A stretch of 64,000 nucleotides of DNA, from assembly GCA_965209035.1 (NCBI GenBank), contig OZ242372.1, forward strand, positions 992,001 to 1,056,000, given 5' to 3'. This document shows positions 51,265 through 62,185 of this stretch, piece after piece (position 1 is the stretch's first letter; the number at the start of each line of letters is the position of its first letter). A program made the position numbers and the translations under genes. This DNA is from Gammaproteobacteria bacterium. GTDB taxonomy: Bacteria; Pseudomonadota; Gammaproteobacteria; CBDBNL01; JAAOII01. Under the pieces are notes generated by a model that saw only the letters and a list, made by a program, of their open reading frames with translations, was not told the origin of the DNA and searched no databases.

Positions 51265-54195
51265 ATGCAAAACTTCATTCGTATTTTGGGTGCGCGCACG
51301 CACAACTTGAAGAACATTCATGTGGAGATCCCGCGCAACCGCCTGGTGGTGATTACCGGTCCTTCCGGCTCCGGCAAGTCCTCGCTTGCGTTTGACACCA
51401 TTTATGCCGAAGGGCAGCGGCGCTATGCGGAATCTCTTTCCGCATATGCGCGTCAGTTTCTTTCCGTGATGGAAAAGCCGGATGTGGACGCCATTGAGGG
51501 GCTCTCGCCGGCAATCGCCATTCAACAAAAAGCATCTTCCCACAATCCGCGCTCCACGGTCGGCACGGTAACCGAAATTTACGATTACCTGCGTCTGCTG
51601 TATGCGCGCGTCGGCACCGCCTATTGCCCGCATCACGACCTGCCGTTGGAGGCGCGCACCCTGGCCGAGATGACGGATGCAATTTTGGAGATGCCCGCAG
51701 GCACGCGCATCTCCGTTCTGGCACCGGTGATTCGCGATCGCAAGGGCGAATACCATGCCCTGCTTCGCAACCTGCAACGCCAAGGATTTATCAGAGTGCG
51801 CGTCAACGGCGACATCATGGAAATTGACGATGTTCCCGCGCTGGATAAAAACAAAAAACACACCATAGAGGTTGTGGTTGACAGACTAGGTGTGCGGCAA
51901 GACGCGGCCCTGCGCATTGCCGAATCGCTGGAAACCGCGTTGCACCTTAGCGACGGCCTGGTCACGATTACGCCGACGGAAAAGAGCGGCCCCGACAAAA
52001 AACATAGCACAAAAACTGGCAAAAAAGATGACAACACCACTGCCAACAAAAGCGCCGATAAAGCGGCCGCGAACACAAAAGAAATGGTTTTCTCGGCGAG
52101 ATTTTCTTGCCCGTCCTGCGACTATACCATCCCGGAGATGGAGCCGCGCATGTTCTCGTTCAACAACCCGCAAGGGGCATGCCCGGAATGTCAGGGGCTT
52201 GGAAATCGCCCTTACTTTGACCCGCAGCGTCTGGTGCGCGCGGAACTTTCCCTTGCCGAAGGAGCCATTCGCGGTTGGGGCCCGCAAAATCCTTACTACT
52301 ATCGGATCATAGAAAGCGTGGCGGACCATTACGCCATCTCCAAAACCAAAACCTACTCGCAACTGACCAAGAAACAGAAAGATCTTTTAATGCACGGCAG
52401 CGGGCGGGAAGCGCTGACCATAAGGCACGAATCGCGCTTCGGGGAAAGAACTCGGCGGCGTCCGTTTGAAGGGGTCGTCGGCAACCTAACCCGAAGATAT
52501 CGGGAAACCGATTCGCCGATCATTCACGAGGAACTGAAAAAGTTTATGAGTATCTCGCGCTGCCCGGCTTGCGGCGGCTCTCGCTTGGGCGAGGCGGCGC
52601 GCAGTGTGCGCTTAAAGGGAGTCAAGAACAGCAGTTTGCCGGAAATCAGCGATCTCTCCATTGAAAAATGCCTGGCTTTTTTTGAGTCCCTGAATCTTAA
52701 GGGAAAAAGAAAGGAGGTGGCGGACAAAATACTGCGAGAGGTGCGCAGCCGGCTCAGTTTTCTGGCGAATGTCGGACTGGGCTACTTGAACCTGCACAGA
52801 AACGCCGAAAGCCTGTCCGGCGGCGAAGCACAGCGAATTCGTCTTGCCAGCCAAATCGGCTCCGGCCTAACCGGTGTCCTGTATGTTTTGGACGAACCGT
52901 CCATCGGCCTGCACCAAAGAGATAACCGCCGTCTGCTGGACACGCTGAAGAATCTGCGCGACCTGGGAAATTGCGTTCTCGTGGTGGAACATGACCTGGA
53001 AACGATTGAAGAAGCCGAACACATCATTGACATAGGGCCGGGGGCCGGCATTCACGGCGGCCGCGTTGTCGCCGAGGGGACGGCAGCCGAACTCCGCAAA
53101 GCAAAGAATTCGCTGACGGGTGACTATCTTGCCGGCCGGCGAGCCATAGAAGTGCCGGCAAAACGGGTAACCTACGACAAGAACAAAGTGGTGAACCTGT
53201 GCGGGGCCCGCGGCAACAACCTTAAAAAAGTCAACCTTGAAATTCCCGCGGGTCTTTTCACTTGTATCACAGGCGTTTCCGGCTCGGGCAAATCCACTTT
53301 GATCAACCAAACGCTCTATCCCCTGCTCGCCCAAAAACTGAACAAGGCATTTTCGGAAGAACCCGGACCGCACGATTCAGTCACCGGGTTGCAACATCTG
53401 GACAAGGTCATCAATATCAATCAAAGCCCCATCGGCCGCACTCCCAGATCCAACCCGGTGACCTACACGGGCATCTTTTCCCACATTCGGGAGATTTTTG
53501 CCGCCACGGCAGAAAGCCGGGCGAGGGGCTACGCGCCCGGCAGATTCAGTTTTAATGTTCGCGGCGGCAGATGCGAAGCCTGCGAAGGCGACGGCCTCAT
53601 CAAAGTGGAAATGCACTTTCTTTCCGACCTGTATGTGGCTTGCGATCAATGCGGCGGCAAACGCTACAACCGCGAGACCCTGGAAGTGAAATACAAAAAC
53701 AAATCCATTTATGATGTTTTGGAAATGACCGTGGAAGAAGCCCTGGAGTTTTTTAGCGCAATCCCGCAGATTGCCAAACGACTTCAGGTGCTGATGGATG
53801 TGGGCCTGAGTTACATCAAACTCGGGCACAGTGCCCCGCTGTTATCCGGCGGCGAAGCCCAGCGCATTAAACTTTCCAAGGAACTCAGTCGCGTTGCCAC
53901 CGGCAAAACTCTTTACCTGTTGGACGAGCCAACCACCGGGTTGCACTTTCACGACATTCGCCAACTCCTTGCCGTCCTGCACAGGCTCAGAAATATGGGC
54001 AACACCATAGTGGTTATTGAACACAACCTGGATGTGATCAAGACCGCCGACTGGGTGGTGGATATGGGACCCGAAGGCGGCCAAGGCGGCGGCAAGATCA
54101 TTGCCGTCGGCACACCCGAAGATCTGGCACAAATCAAAGATTCCCAAACGGGAATGTTCCTGCAAAAATGCTTGCAACACAAGACCGCTTCTTGA
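51265..54195 (+). CDS. uvrA: Excinuclease ABC subunit A
   Basis: GARTHNLKN, two Walker A motifs, two LSGGEAQRI, zinc fingers. Confidence 0.99.
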   Translation: MQNFIRILGARTHNLKNIHVEIPRNRLVVITGPSGSGKSSLAFDTIYAEGQRRYAESLSAYARQFLSVMEKPDVDAIEGLSPAIAIQQKASSHNPRSTVGTVTEIYDYLRLLYARVGTAYCPHHDLPLEARTLAEMTDAILEMPAGTRISVLAPVIRDRKGEYHALLRNLQRQGFIRVRVNGDIMEIDDVPALDKNKKHTIEVVVDRLGVRQDAALRIAESLETALHLSDGLVTITPTEKSGPDKKHSTKTGKKDDNTTANKSADKAAANTKEMVFSARFSCPSCDYTIPEMEPRMFSFNNPQGACPECQGLGNRPYFDPQRLVRAELSLAEGAIRGWGPQNPYYYRIIESVADHYAISKTKTYSQLTKKQKDLLMHGSGREALTIRHESRFGERTRRRPFEGVVGNLTRRYRETDSPIIHEELKKFMSISRCPACGGSRLGEAARSVRLKGVKNSSLPEISDLSIEKCLAFFESLNLKGKRKEVADKILREVRSRLSFLANVGLGYLNLHRNAESLSGGEAQRIRLASQIGSGLTGVLYVLDEPSIGLHQRDNRRLLDTLKNLRDLGNCVLVVEHDLETIEEAEHIIDIGPGAGIHGGRVVAEGTAAELRKAKNSLTGDYLAGRRAIEVPAKRVTYDKNKVVNLCGARGNNLKKVNLEIPAGLFTCITGVSGSGKSTLINQTLYPLLAQKLNKAFSEEPGPHDSVTGLQHLDKVININQSPIGRTPRSNPVTYTGIFSHIREIFAATAESRARGYAPGRFSFNVRGGRCEACEGDGLIKVEMHFLSDLYVACDQCGGKRYNRETLEVKYKNKSIYDVLEMTVEEALEFFSAIPQIAKRLQVLMDVGLSYIKLGHSAPLLSGGEAQRIKLSKELSRVATGKTLYLLDEPTTGLHFHDIRQLLAVLHRLRNMGNTIVVIEHNLDVIKTADWVVDMGPEGGQGGGKIIAVGTPEDLAQIKDSQTGMFLQKCLQHKTAS

Positions 54196-54273
54196 GTCAC
54201 CTCTGCGCAAACCGGAAGACGGAGACTGGGAATCTAAAAAAATAAACCACACCAACGCATCAACGCGAAAATA

Positions 54274-54870
54274 TTGAACCGACCGACCGAACTTGTTGCC
54301 GCTTTAAAGAACGGCGAGATGATCCTTCTTTTGGACGACAACGAGCGTGAAAACGAAGGAGACCTGATCGCGCTGGCACGGCACATCACCCCGCGGGCGA
54401 TCAATTTCATGGCAACCGAAGCGCGCGGACTGATCTGCCTGGCATTGTCTCCCGCATGGTGCGATCGCTTGCGTCTGACTCAAATGGTGCCGGCATCGGA
54501 AAACACCTCACCGCACCATACACAATTCACCGTCTCGGTGGAAGCCCGCCGGGGTGTTACCACGGGCATCTCGGCGGCCGACCGGGCACACACCATTCGC
54601 ACCGCGGTTTCGCCGGCTGCGGTGGCGGAGGATCTGGCGCGGCCGGGACACATCTTCCCGATTCGCGGTCACGCGGACGGACTGAGAGGACGCCGCGGAC
54701 ACACGGAAGGCGCTTTGGAATTGTCGCTTCGGGCGGGGGACAAGCCGGCTGCGGCGGTGATGGTGGAAGTGATGCATGCGGACGGGACCATGGCCAGAAA
54801 AGCGGACTTGGAAAAATTTTCCGCCCGACACAAGATCCGCATGGGAAGCGTGGCATCTCTGGTAAAATAA
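54274..54870 (+). CDS. ribB: 3,4-dihydroxy-2-butanone-4-phosphate synthase
   Basis: RENEGD, FTVSVEA, TTGISA.DR, RPGHIFP, RRGHTE. Confidence 0.96.
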   Translation: MNRPTELVAALKNGEMILLLDDNERENEGDLIALARHITPRAINFMATEARGLICLALSPAWCDRLRLTQMVPASENTSPHHTQFTVSVEARRGVTTGISAADRAHTIRTAVSPAAVAEDLARPGHIFPIRGHADGLRGRRGHTEGALELSLRAGDKPAAAVMVEVMHADGTMARKADLEKFSARHKIRMGSVASLVK

Positions 54871-54896
54871 AAGGGAAATAAAAGGGAGATAAAAGG

Positions 54897-55379
54897 ATGG
54901 AACCGAAAGAAAAAATCTTAGTCTACAAAGTGATTCTCTATGCCGCTCTGTTCCCCGGCAATGTCGCAATCGTCATCCCCGCCGTCTTGGCATGGCTCGA
55001 TCCGGGGGCCTACAACATCGGTTTTTTTGTTTCTATCGGCGGCGTCTGCCTGGCAGTCGGGCTGGTCATCCTCGGTCATTGCATTTACCAGTTTTGGCGG
55101 CGCGGGCGCGGCACTCTCGCCCCGTGGGATGCCCCGGCAAAGACTGTAACCGGCGGCCTGTATCGTTATTCGCGCAACCCGATGTATGTGGGAGTGTACC
55201 TGATGATTTTCGGGTGGAGTCTGCTGCTCAATTCCCCGCTGGTTCTCCTGTGGCTTTTGTTTTTTGTGCTCGCTTCGGGTGCGTTTGTCATTCTCCAAGA
55301 GGAACCGGCGTTGGAGAACCGGCACGGCAAGGAATGGCTTGAATACAAGGCCAAGGTGCCGCGCCGTTTTTTGTTTTAA
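54897..55379 (+). CDS. Isoprenylcysteine carboxylmethyltransferase/PEMT family membrane protein
   Basis: GRGTLAPWD, G.YRYSRNPMY, 'EEPAL...G..W..Y...VPR'. Confidence 0.9.
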   Translation: MEPKEKILVYKVILYAALFPGNVAIVIPAVLAWLDPGAYNIGFFVSIGGVCLAVGLVILGHCIYQFWRRGRGTLAPWDAPAKTVTGGLYRYSRNPMYVGVYLMIFGWSLLLNSPLVLLWLLFFVLASGAFVILQEEPALENRHGKEWLEYKAKVPRRFLF

Positions 55380-55473
55380 GTTCCGGAAATTAGATACAAT
55401 TTATCCTCGGTTATATCCGGTTATATCCGGTTATATATTGTGCTTCCGGCGTCCCGGTCTTAAGATGGACCGG

Positions 55474-55992
55474 TTATGAAGCCAATAAAGAAATTTCGCT
55501 AACTCCAAGCCGGATACACATCGCAACATTCGAAACATCAAAAATGAAGGGCAATTCGGACATTCTTCTTTTCTCTCTCAAAAAATAATAAACTTTATCT
55601 AACGGCATTAGAATATCGGCAGCCAACTTATTTGCTTCTACCTCTTGTAATGTGGTTAGTTTACTGCGATATAAAACATCGTCTTTTACCCCATCCCCGA
55701 TAAATGGTTCGTGTAACAGAAGATGCGCTAATTCATGGGCTGCGGTAAATCTCCTCCGCCTAAGATTTTCTTTATTGTTTAATGCTATTTCATATTTTCC
55801 TTCATCGCTTATTTTTCTTATCCAACCGGAAATGTTATTGGGCATCTCTTTGGAATATACCCTTTCCACACCAAAGAGTTTGGATAATTGATTTACCAAG
55901 TATGGAGGTCCGTGTTTTTCTTGGAAATCATGGATAATTTTTTGTTTATCCTGACTCAAAGAGTACCCTTTATTAAAGTTCCGCATCTTCAC
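55474..55992 (-). CDS. ImmA/IrrE family metallo-endopeptidase
   Basis: RRRFTAAHELAH (HExxH), EVEANKLAADILMP, FDVS..A..IRL; AT-rich. Confidence 0.92.
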   Translation of the reverse strand: MKMRNFNKGYSLSQDKQKIIHDFQEKHGPPYLVNQLSKLFGVERVYSKEMPNNISGWIRKISDEGKYEIALNNKENLRRRRFTAAHELAHLLLHEPFIGDGVKDDVLYRSKLTTLQEVEANKLAADILMPLDKVYYFLREKRRMSELPFIFDVSNVAMCIRLGVSEISLLAS

Positions 55993-56151
55993 TCTTCTTG
56001 AAATGTTCTTCTTTTTTATTTGGGGAAGATTATATGCGATTTTCTAAAAAAACATACTGAGTGCTTAACAGCCTGCGCCGGATACTTGCGGATGTCTGTG
56101 TCTTCGTACTTGTGGTGCTTTCTTTTAAGATAAGAGCATCTCGTGCTCGTT

Positions 56152-56421
56152 TTAATCCTTAAACTCCCAGCCCATTTCTTCATAAATCTTTTTTAACTTG
56201 GGTTTTTCGCGCTCGTATCTCGCCATAGCACGCTGATACCATTTTGCCCTGGCGATCAAACAATAACAAAGCACATATAAACCCACTACCGGAATAGCCA
56301 CGATAAACATCACCAAAAAAAGTGGCACCGCATAGCCGATAATAACAAGAATCGGTACAAAGAATATAAAGATGAATACCGCCTTACTGACGCCGGCACC
56401 GATGAGTATTAGTTTTTTCAT
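56152..56421 (-). CDS. Small hypothetical membrane protein
   Basis: 89 aa, two hydrophobic helices and a charged tail; AAAGGA RBS upstream. Confidence 0.6.
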   Translation of the reverse strand: MKKLILIGAGVSKAVFIFIFFVPILVIIGYAVPLFLVMFIVAIPVVGLYVLCYCLIARAKWYQRAMARYEREKPKLKKIYEEMGWEFKD

Positions 56422-56584
56422 AATCTTTATTCCTTTTCTATACTCATATTATACCATTTTGGCGGGTGTCGGCAGCGGTCACCCGGCTGCTGATTGCAAG
56501 TTTCCGATGAAGGCAACACTCCGGCGGGGGATGGCAGCAGCGGTCGTCCGGCTGCTGATTGCAAGGGTAAGGACGTGGCAGGGC

Positions 56585-56736
56585 GCGACTCTCTTTTAGA
56601 GTTTTTTTAAGGCTTCTTTATTCGGAGCAGCCGAGTGGATCCGGCGACGGGGGCAGACTGCGACTCTCTTTTAGGGTTTTTTTAAAGCTTCTTTATTCGG
56701 AGCAGCCGAGTGGATCCGACGACGGGGGCAGACTGC
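56585..56736. repeat. 75-bp tandem duplication at the 3' end of the methyltransferase; an additional ~30-bp pair at ~56471 and ~56536
   Basis: GCGACTCTCTTTTAG...GGGGGCAGACT starts at 56585 and 56660. Confidence 0.9.
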
Positions 56737-56754
56737 GGATCTTTTTGTGCTTCT

Positions 56755-57648
56755 TTATTCTTTTTTGGACGCGGCGTACTTGACTCTGTTTTCCAACAGG
56801 GCCGTCTGAGAAGATGCGTCCGGCGATGCATCGCCTTCCAAGTCATCCCCGGCATCGGCTCTTTCGTCGGTAAACAGTCGGTATTTTTTCATCACCCGGT
56901 TGCCGTTTTTCAATCTGTCCAATATCATCTTGTGATAACGAGAATTAATTTCACATGACAGATACCGCCGGTCGTGTTTTTTGGCGGACAAAATTTCCGA
57001 ACCGCTGCCGCCAAAAAGAATAAACGCACTGTCCTTCGGCTTGGTAGATGCCAGCAACAGAAGTTCAAACAACGGCACCGGAATTTGGCAGGCATGAAAA
57101 GTTTTGTCTTTGGAGACATTTTTTACCAAATCAAAGTAAAACCACGAATAGGGCATTCTGCCTTTGTGTCCCTCTTGCATGCGTTGCATGATGCGCTTGT
57201 CCTTAAGGTTTTGATAGGGCAGCACAACCTGCTCCTTGTAAAAACGATTGTTCGGCGTCTTGGTGGCATGCAAAACGGATCTGTGTGCGGTGGTAAATCG
57301 CTTGTTACTGTGTCCGACATTTGTGTTGTAAATCCAGACATAATCTTGTACCATTTCGGCCGCCTCATCCAGAAAACCCACTCGCAGATAAGCGTTTTGC
57401 TTCGGGTAATTGATAAAGAACAGATTCCCTTCGGGCTTAAGAACGCGCAGACTCTCTTCTGCCAGTGCAATATACCAGTCAATGTATTTTTTCCAACTTT
57501 GGGTATAACGCGTCCCCGCATAGTTAATGCCGACATTGTAATCCGGGTCGCCATATACCATATCCACCGAGCCATCGGGCAACTCGCGCAGCACCTCCAG
57601 CACATCGCGCCGATGCACCTTGTTGATATGTTCTTGTTGTAAGGTCAT
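56755..57648 (-). CDS. N4/N6 DNA methyltransferase, beta class, DPDY variant (ORF track extends to 57693)
   Basis: GDPDYN catalytic-motif variant, 'FHACQIP', LFGGSGS SAM motif. Confidence 0.85.
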   Translation of the reverse strand: MTLQQEHINKVHRRDVLEVLRELPDGSVDMVYGDPDYNVGINYAGTRYTQSWKKYIDWYIALAEESLRVLKPEGNLFFINYPKQNAYLRVGFLDEAAEMVQDYVWIYNTNVGHSNKRFTTAHRSVLHATKTPNNRFYKEQVVLPYQNLKDKRIMQRMQEGHKGRMPYSWFYFDLVKNVSKDKTFHACQIPVPLFELLLLASTKPKDSAFILFGGSGSEILSAKKHDRRYLSCEINSRYHKMILDRLKNGNRVMKKYRLFTDERADAGDDLEGDASPDASSQTALLENRVKYAASKKE

Positions 57649-57810
57649 GCTTTCTTTTCTGTCAACCGATACTCCCGCGCCTTTTTCAAACAAACGGAAC
57701 CTATGTCCGCATCATCGTCAAATGCATACAAGTACATTCTTAATAGGACGGCATCGGTCATCTGTTTTCTAAGTAAATAACAGCATTGAATGCCCTTAAT
57801 CTCTTTTTGC

Positions 57811-58584
57811 TTACTTGTTAGTTTTTGATATTCGGCGAGAAGCCGACCGTAAAAGACGAATACTGTTATAATCGTCCGGGTTATCAAACCCAAACTCCCA
57901 AAAAGAATATTGATCGTCTCTCTTTTCAAAAAAAAAGACGCGAATTTTCTTGTTGACAACAGACGACCAATATCTATACGGATAGAATAATTGGCGAATA
58001 ATTGTATTGCTTGTTTTACTGTTTTTTGCTTCCACCAGAACAACTTGTTTCTTTCCCTCATAGCCGGCATCTACTTCAGTTTGGACGCTGCCTACCTCAA
58101 TGCGTTGTTTGTTTACAAAAAAGTTAAATCCCGAAGAAGTATATTTACGACCTCTTATACTTAGAACCAACGAATCATCTTCACAGAAGGTTCTAACCAA
58201 ACTGGAAGCATAAGCAATGTCCAGATGTTGCATTTCCGAGTTTCCGATATTTGCCGTTTCAGATTCAAAGTTCAATACGGAAACATACTTTCCCGGTTCC
58301 TCTTTTATTTCCGGTATATCCACATACCCTTCTCCTTGCACCAAAGCATAATAGCCGTTTTTCACCGGTAAAATAAACAGATTCTGACGAACAAAAACTT
58401 CGGGTCTGGCTTCCCTCGTGTCTTGTTTGCACAAAACTCGCACTTCCCTTTGGCTGGTCTTTAAAAAATTCTTGGTTGCTTTTTTGATGTCCTCGGCTGA
58501 TAACAAAAAAGGACAACGAGAAAAATCATGTTGATTAATTTTGTATTTCTTAAATATGGCATACCAGGCATCATTATCTGCCAT
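57811..58584 (-). CDS. Putative type II restriction endonuclease, PD-(D/E)xK fold
   Basis: 'QTEVDAGYEG...LVEAKN...IIRQLFYPYR'; lies between two MTases. Confidence 0.78.
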   Translation of the reverse strand: MADNDAWYAIFKKYKINQHDFSRCPFLLSAEDIKKATKNFLKTSQREVRVLCKQDTREARPEVFVRQNLFILPVKNGYYALVQGEGYVDIPEIKEEPGKYVSVLNFESETANIGNSEMQHLDIAYASSLVRTFCEDDSLVLSIRGRKYTSSGFNFFVNKQRIEVGSVQTEVDAGYEGKKQVVLVEAKNSKTSNTIIRQLFYPYRYWSSVVNKKIRVFFFEKRDDQYSFWEFGFDNPDDYNSIRLLRSASRRISKTNK

Positions 58585-58692
58585 TTGGATAACTCAAATT
58601 TCTGAAATAGTTTCTCACAACCTGTCTCTGCCCACATGGCTTCGATAAATCACGCGCTACCCTATAAAACATACATCGGTAAAAAATACCTA

Positions 58693-59565
58693 TCATAATA
58701 ATTGTTCGGTCTGATGATACGAACCCGCCCCGGCAGATGCCTGTCCCAGCCGCTTGAGCGTCAGCTCCAAGTACTCGGGTTCAATATCCATTCCAATGTA
58801 CTTGCGGTTACCCGCAAGTTGGCCGGCAAGGGCGGTCGTGCCGCTGCCGTTAAACGGATCCAAAATGGTGTCGCCCTCCTTGGTGGAAGATAAAACAATC
58901 CGCTTAAGCAACGCCAGCGGCTTTTGTGTCGGATGCTTGCCGTGTGTTTTTTCCGACGCAGCCGGAGTGGGTATGGACCAAACGGAGCGCATTTGTTTTT
59001 CTGGTTTCTTAATGAAATCCTCCGGGAAGGTGCCGCTTTTCATATCCCGATAATTAAAGACACTGCGGACGGCCTTGGTCTTTCTTGCCCATAGCAGCGT
59101 CTCATGACTATGGGCAAAGGTTGTGCAACTCAAGTTCGGTGCGGCGTTGGGTTTAAACCAAGCAATATCATTAAGTAAATGAAACCCTGTTTTGAGTAGC
59201 AGATAACCGCACTGGTAAATACTGTGATAGGTGCCGCTGATCCAAATTGTTCCGGATTCGCGCAACAGGCGACGGCAGGCAAGAATCCACTGTTCGTGAA
59301 ACTCGGTATCCCGGGCAAAGCCCTCGCTCTTGTCCCATCTCCCTTTGTTCACACTGACACGCTTACCGGCATGACAGGTCACACCGTCATTGGAAAGTTT
59401 GTAGGGCGGGTCAACAAAAATCATGTCCGCACAGCCCGCGGGTAATTGCTCCGCCACTGCCAAAGCATCACCCAAATACAAAGTGCAATTCGGCGAACGA
59501 AACCAAGGATTTAACGGAGTTATTTCTTCTCTTGCGGCGGTCACCGCATTGCCTTGCTTCAACAT
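58693..59565 (-). CDS. N6-adenine DNA methyltransferase, DpnA/M2.DpnII-like (probably GATC)
   Basis: DPPYKLSNDG.TC..G..VSVNKG.WD, GTYHSI, KQMRSVW, GKHPTQKP, DPFNGSGTT. Confidence 0.9.
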   Translation of the reverse strand: MLKQGNAVTAAREEITPLNPWFRSPNCTLYLGDALAVAEQLPAGCADMIFVDPPYKLSNDGVTCHAGKRVSVNKGRWDKSEGFARDTEFHEQWILACRRLLRESGTIWISGTYHSIYQCGYLLLKTGFHLLNDIAWFKPNAAPNLSCTTFAHSHETLLWARKTKAVRSVFNYRDMKSGTFPEDFIKKPEKQMRSVWSIPTPAASEKTHGKHPTQKPLALLKRIVLSSTKEGDTILDPFNGSGTTALAGQLAGNRKYIGMDIEPEYLELTLKRLGQASAGAGSYHQTEQLL

Positions 59566-59989
59566 GCTTTTATGCTCCCTTTTTTATTTCTACTCAATCT
59601 GTTGCCTAGTCGATCCTCTTCAAAATCATTTCTACCCGCTCTCAACATATCTGTTATTATAGGCGGAACGGGGACTGACTCCATATTCGGAAGCCTTGGC
59701 GGCGGCGATGACAGCCCCCGGAAACTTCGGAAACTGTGAACCTACCCCGAGCAACATTTAATAAGTCAAGAATTATCGCCGAAACAATAACTCACTTTTC
59801 TTAAGTTGAAGATCCGATTTTTGAACGAGTACCACTTGAAAAATCTGCGGCATCGCCCGCCCTGTTAACCGTTTGGATATAGGCAGTCTTTTGTAATTGG
59901 GCAGAATTCTTATGCCACTTACGAAGCGGCGAAAAAACCAAAACCAACAAAAAGTAGCGATTAGATATCCCCGCGGAATCCGAGATCAT

Positions 59990-60436
59990 TCATAAGATTC
60001 TTTTAAGCCATTTTATTGCACGTTTAAGAATGGTGATGTCATCATCCATCATCCCCATGCTTGAATTACATTGCCGGCAGACCCATCCTCTTATCTCACC
60101 GGTCTTATGGTCGTGATCTATCACAACATCGTTTGTGTATTGACGGGTGATCGTTTTCTGGCACACCGGACAATAAAATTTTTTGCCAATTGCCGGGCGA
60201 GGATGTTGCTTTTCGTATTCTGTCTTTCTCTTTCTTGATATCGGTTTTTTTATTTTTCGGCATTCTATACAATCACCGCGACGAGATATTCTGCCGCTGA
60301 TTGTTCTTTGATTCTTTTGAAATTCAAAAATAGATTTCCTTTTTTGACAAAGCCGACAGATTTTTGTTTTTCCCAAACAGTCTGCACAGTATTTTTCGAC
60401 CGTATTGTTTATTCCGCATTCTATACATTTGCTCAC
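59990..60436 (-). CDS. Endonuclease VII/Hpy99I-like beta-beta-alpha-Me nuclease with multiple CxxC motifs
   Basis: CPVC...IDHDHKTGEIRGWVCRQCN..MG..DD; upstream CRLC...F..N...RR..CIECRK as in Hpy99I-type enzymes; follows an MTase. Confidence 0.82.
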   Translation of the reverse strand: MSKCIECGINNTVEKYCADCLGKTKICRLCQKRKSIFEFQKNQRTISGRISRRGDCIECRKIKKPISRKRKTEYEKQHPRPAIGKKFYCPVCQKTITRQYTNDVVIDHDHKTGEIRGWVCRQCNSSMGMMDDDITILKRAIKWLKRIL

Positions 60437-60467
60437 TTGTTACCGCGAGCCCCATTTTCACAATGCT

Positions 60468-61280
60468 TCACAATAGAGTGGGAAGAGGAAGGGAGTCTTC
60501 TTGAAAAGTTTCTCGCAATCGCTTATTGGCAATTGCAACATACCTATCATATATTTCACTTCCAACAAAATTGCGGCCGGTTAATATTGCCATCTTAGCG
60601 GTGGTTCCGCTTCCCATAAATGGGTCGTACACAATCTCACCCACATTGCTCCACGATAAGATATGATCTTTTGCCAATTCTTCCGGAAATATCGCAGGAT
60701 GACCGTATGCAATAGAATCACTGGCAGAATGACCCTTGCCAATGTTATATTGCCACACATTGGTGCGCCTCCCTGTCTTGTCATATCCCTTTCTAATCAC
60801 CTGTTTCAATTCTCCGCCAAATAATCTTTTATTACTAACATCGCCGTCCCGGCTGTCTTTATTTTCTCGGTCTCTTATAAGATTAATTGTTTTGGGTTTC
60901 CCTTTGGAAAGGACGAACATATACTCAAAGCTTTGCCAGTATGTCCGATTGTCCCCGCAAGCGCCGCGCGGCGGCTTAAGGTAAATCATCGTATCAAAGA
61001 GATTAAATCCTACCCGCTTAAAATACAAAGCCTGGCGAAAAGAAGTTCCGCTTTCATCCCCCTCTTTTGTTTGATCATTGACTATCCAAACCAGGACACC
61101 GCCCAATTTCAAGACGCGATGCAATTCCTTTGCAATTGATGTGAATTGTGAAAAAGTGTTCCCGGAATACTTCCGCATATTATCATAAGGCGGTGAGGTG
61201 ATCATCATATCAATGGAACTTGTTTCAAACCTCTGCATTGTCTTAAGACAATCTTCGTTATAAATGTGATTAATTTTCAT
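60468..61280 (-). CDS. N4-cytosine-type DNA methyltransferase, beta class
   Basis: TSPPY, HPAIFP, YDPFMGSGTT. Confidence 0.93.
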   Translation of the reverse strand: MKINHIYNEDCLKTMQRFETSSIDMMITSPPYDNMRKYSGNTFSQFTSIAKELHRVLKLGGVLVWIVNDQTKEGDESGTSFRQALYFKRVGFNLFDTMIYLKPPRGACGDNRTYWQSFEYMFVLSKGKPKTINLIRDRENKDSRDGDVSNKRLFGGELKQVIRKGYDKTGRRTNVWQYNIGKGHSASDSIAYGHPAIFPEELAKDHILSWSNVGEIVYDPFMGSGTTAKMAILTGRNFVGSEIYDRYVAIANKRLRETFQEDSLPLPTLL

Positions 61281-61396
61281 TAATTTTCATTGTCTGTTAC
61301 TCCAATACTTCTATCATACAAACATATTACCTTAATTTTGTAGTTCTAAAATTTTAATGCCAAACGCATTAATAGACAGGGAATTATAATCCGCTT

Positions 61397-62185
61397 TTAA
61401 GATTTGTTATCCGTTTTTGTATCAAAACGCAGAAAGTAAGCATCAAGTTCGGGCCTCACCCTCACGCCCGCTTCTTCAAAACATTCAAGTAAAAATTCAT
61501 AGACACTTTCTCCCGCCAAAAAATCCCACAGGTCTTCGCCGACTTTCAATTCATGCTCCAAGTCCAACATCCCTTTCATCGTCCAACGGCGATAAGGGTT
61601 CGGAGCCTCGGGGTTATAGGGAATGGCAACAAGGCTGTGCACCTTGGCATCCGGCTCCCGGGCAAGAAACACGGCAATCCATTCCAACAGGGTGCGTTTA
61701 TATGCCAGGAAGCTGCTTTTATTCGGCTTGGCTGTCTTCAAATCTATTAGAAAAATTTCGTCTTTCTTTAAGTAGATATCAACCCTCGGGGTGCTAATAC
61801 TTTTCATTTCTCCTTGACGACAAACCGAACGAATTCTTTCTGTTTCCGGGAGTTTGTCGGGTTCCGCCTGCCCCACCGTGAGGGAGTTGATAATAGCCTG
61901 AATTTCGTCTTGCGCTTTCTTGCTGATCCGGTTCGGCATATTAAATTGTTTTTCGGCAATTGGAAATTTCTTGCGCGCCAGATAAATTGCCACCGGCTCA
62001 AAAATAGTTGTTCCAAAGTTTGTATTGAGCGAGTGAATAAACGAATACAACGCTAACCTCTGTTTTCCAAGAAGCCGGGTGTGAAACGGCATTTGTGCCG
62101 GCTCGGGATTATGATTTTGCAGTTTTTGACGAATACTGTCGCATATGAGATTGGTGATCGCCGCTTTGTCTTTGTCCGAAGGCAT
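61397..62185 (-). CDS. TdeIII/MjaII-like type II restriction endonuclease (probably GGNCC)
   Basis: MPFH.RLLGK.RLALYSFIHSLNTNFGT.IFEPVA, DLKTAKPN, AIPYNP. Confidence 0.85.
   Translation of the reverse strand: MPSDKDKAAITNLICDSIRQKLQNHNPEPAQMPFHTRLLGKQRLALYSFIHSLNTNFGTTIFEPVAIYLARKKFPIAEKQFNMPNRISKKAQDEIQAIINSLTVGQAEPDKLPETERIRSVCRQGEMKSISTPRVDIYLKKDEIFLIDLKTAKPNKSSFLAYKRTLLEWIAVFLAREPDAKVHSLVAIPYNPEAPNPYRRWTMKGMLDLEHELKVGEDLWDFLAGESVYEFLLECFEEAGVRVRPELDAYFLRFDTKTDNKS

Noticed and set aside
57645-58070. 141-aa ORF overlapping the nuclease
   Set aside because: Mostly an alternative frame of the nuclease gene, with no recognisable motif.
58585-58692. Possible remnant of a Dam/DpnM-type MTase end (VVRNY-like) between MTase and nuclease
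   Set aside because: Only a few residues of similarity; not distinguishable from chance.
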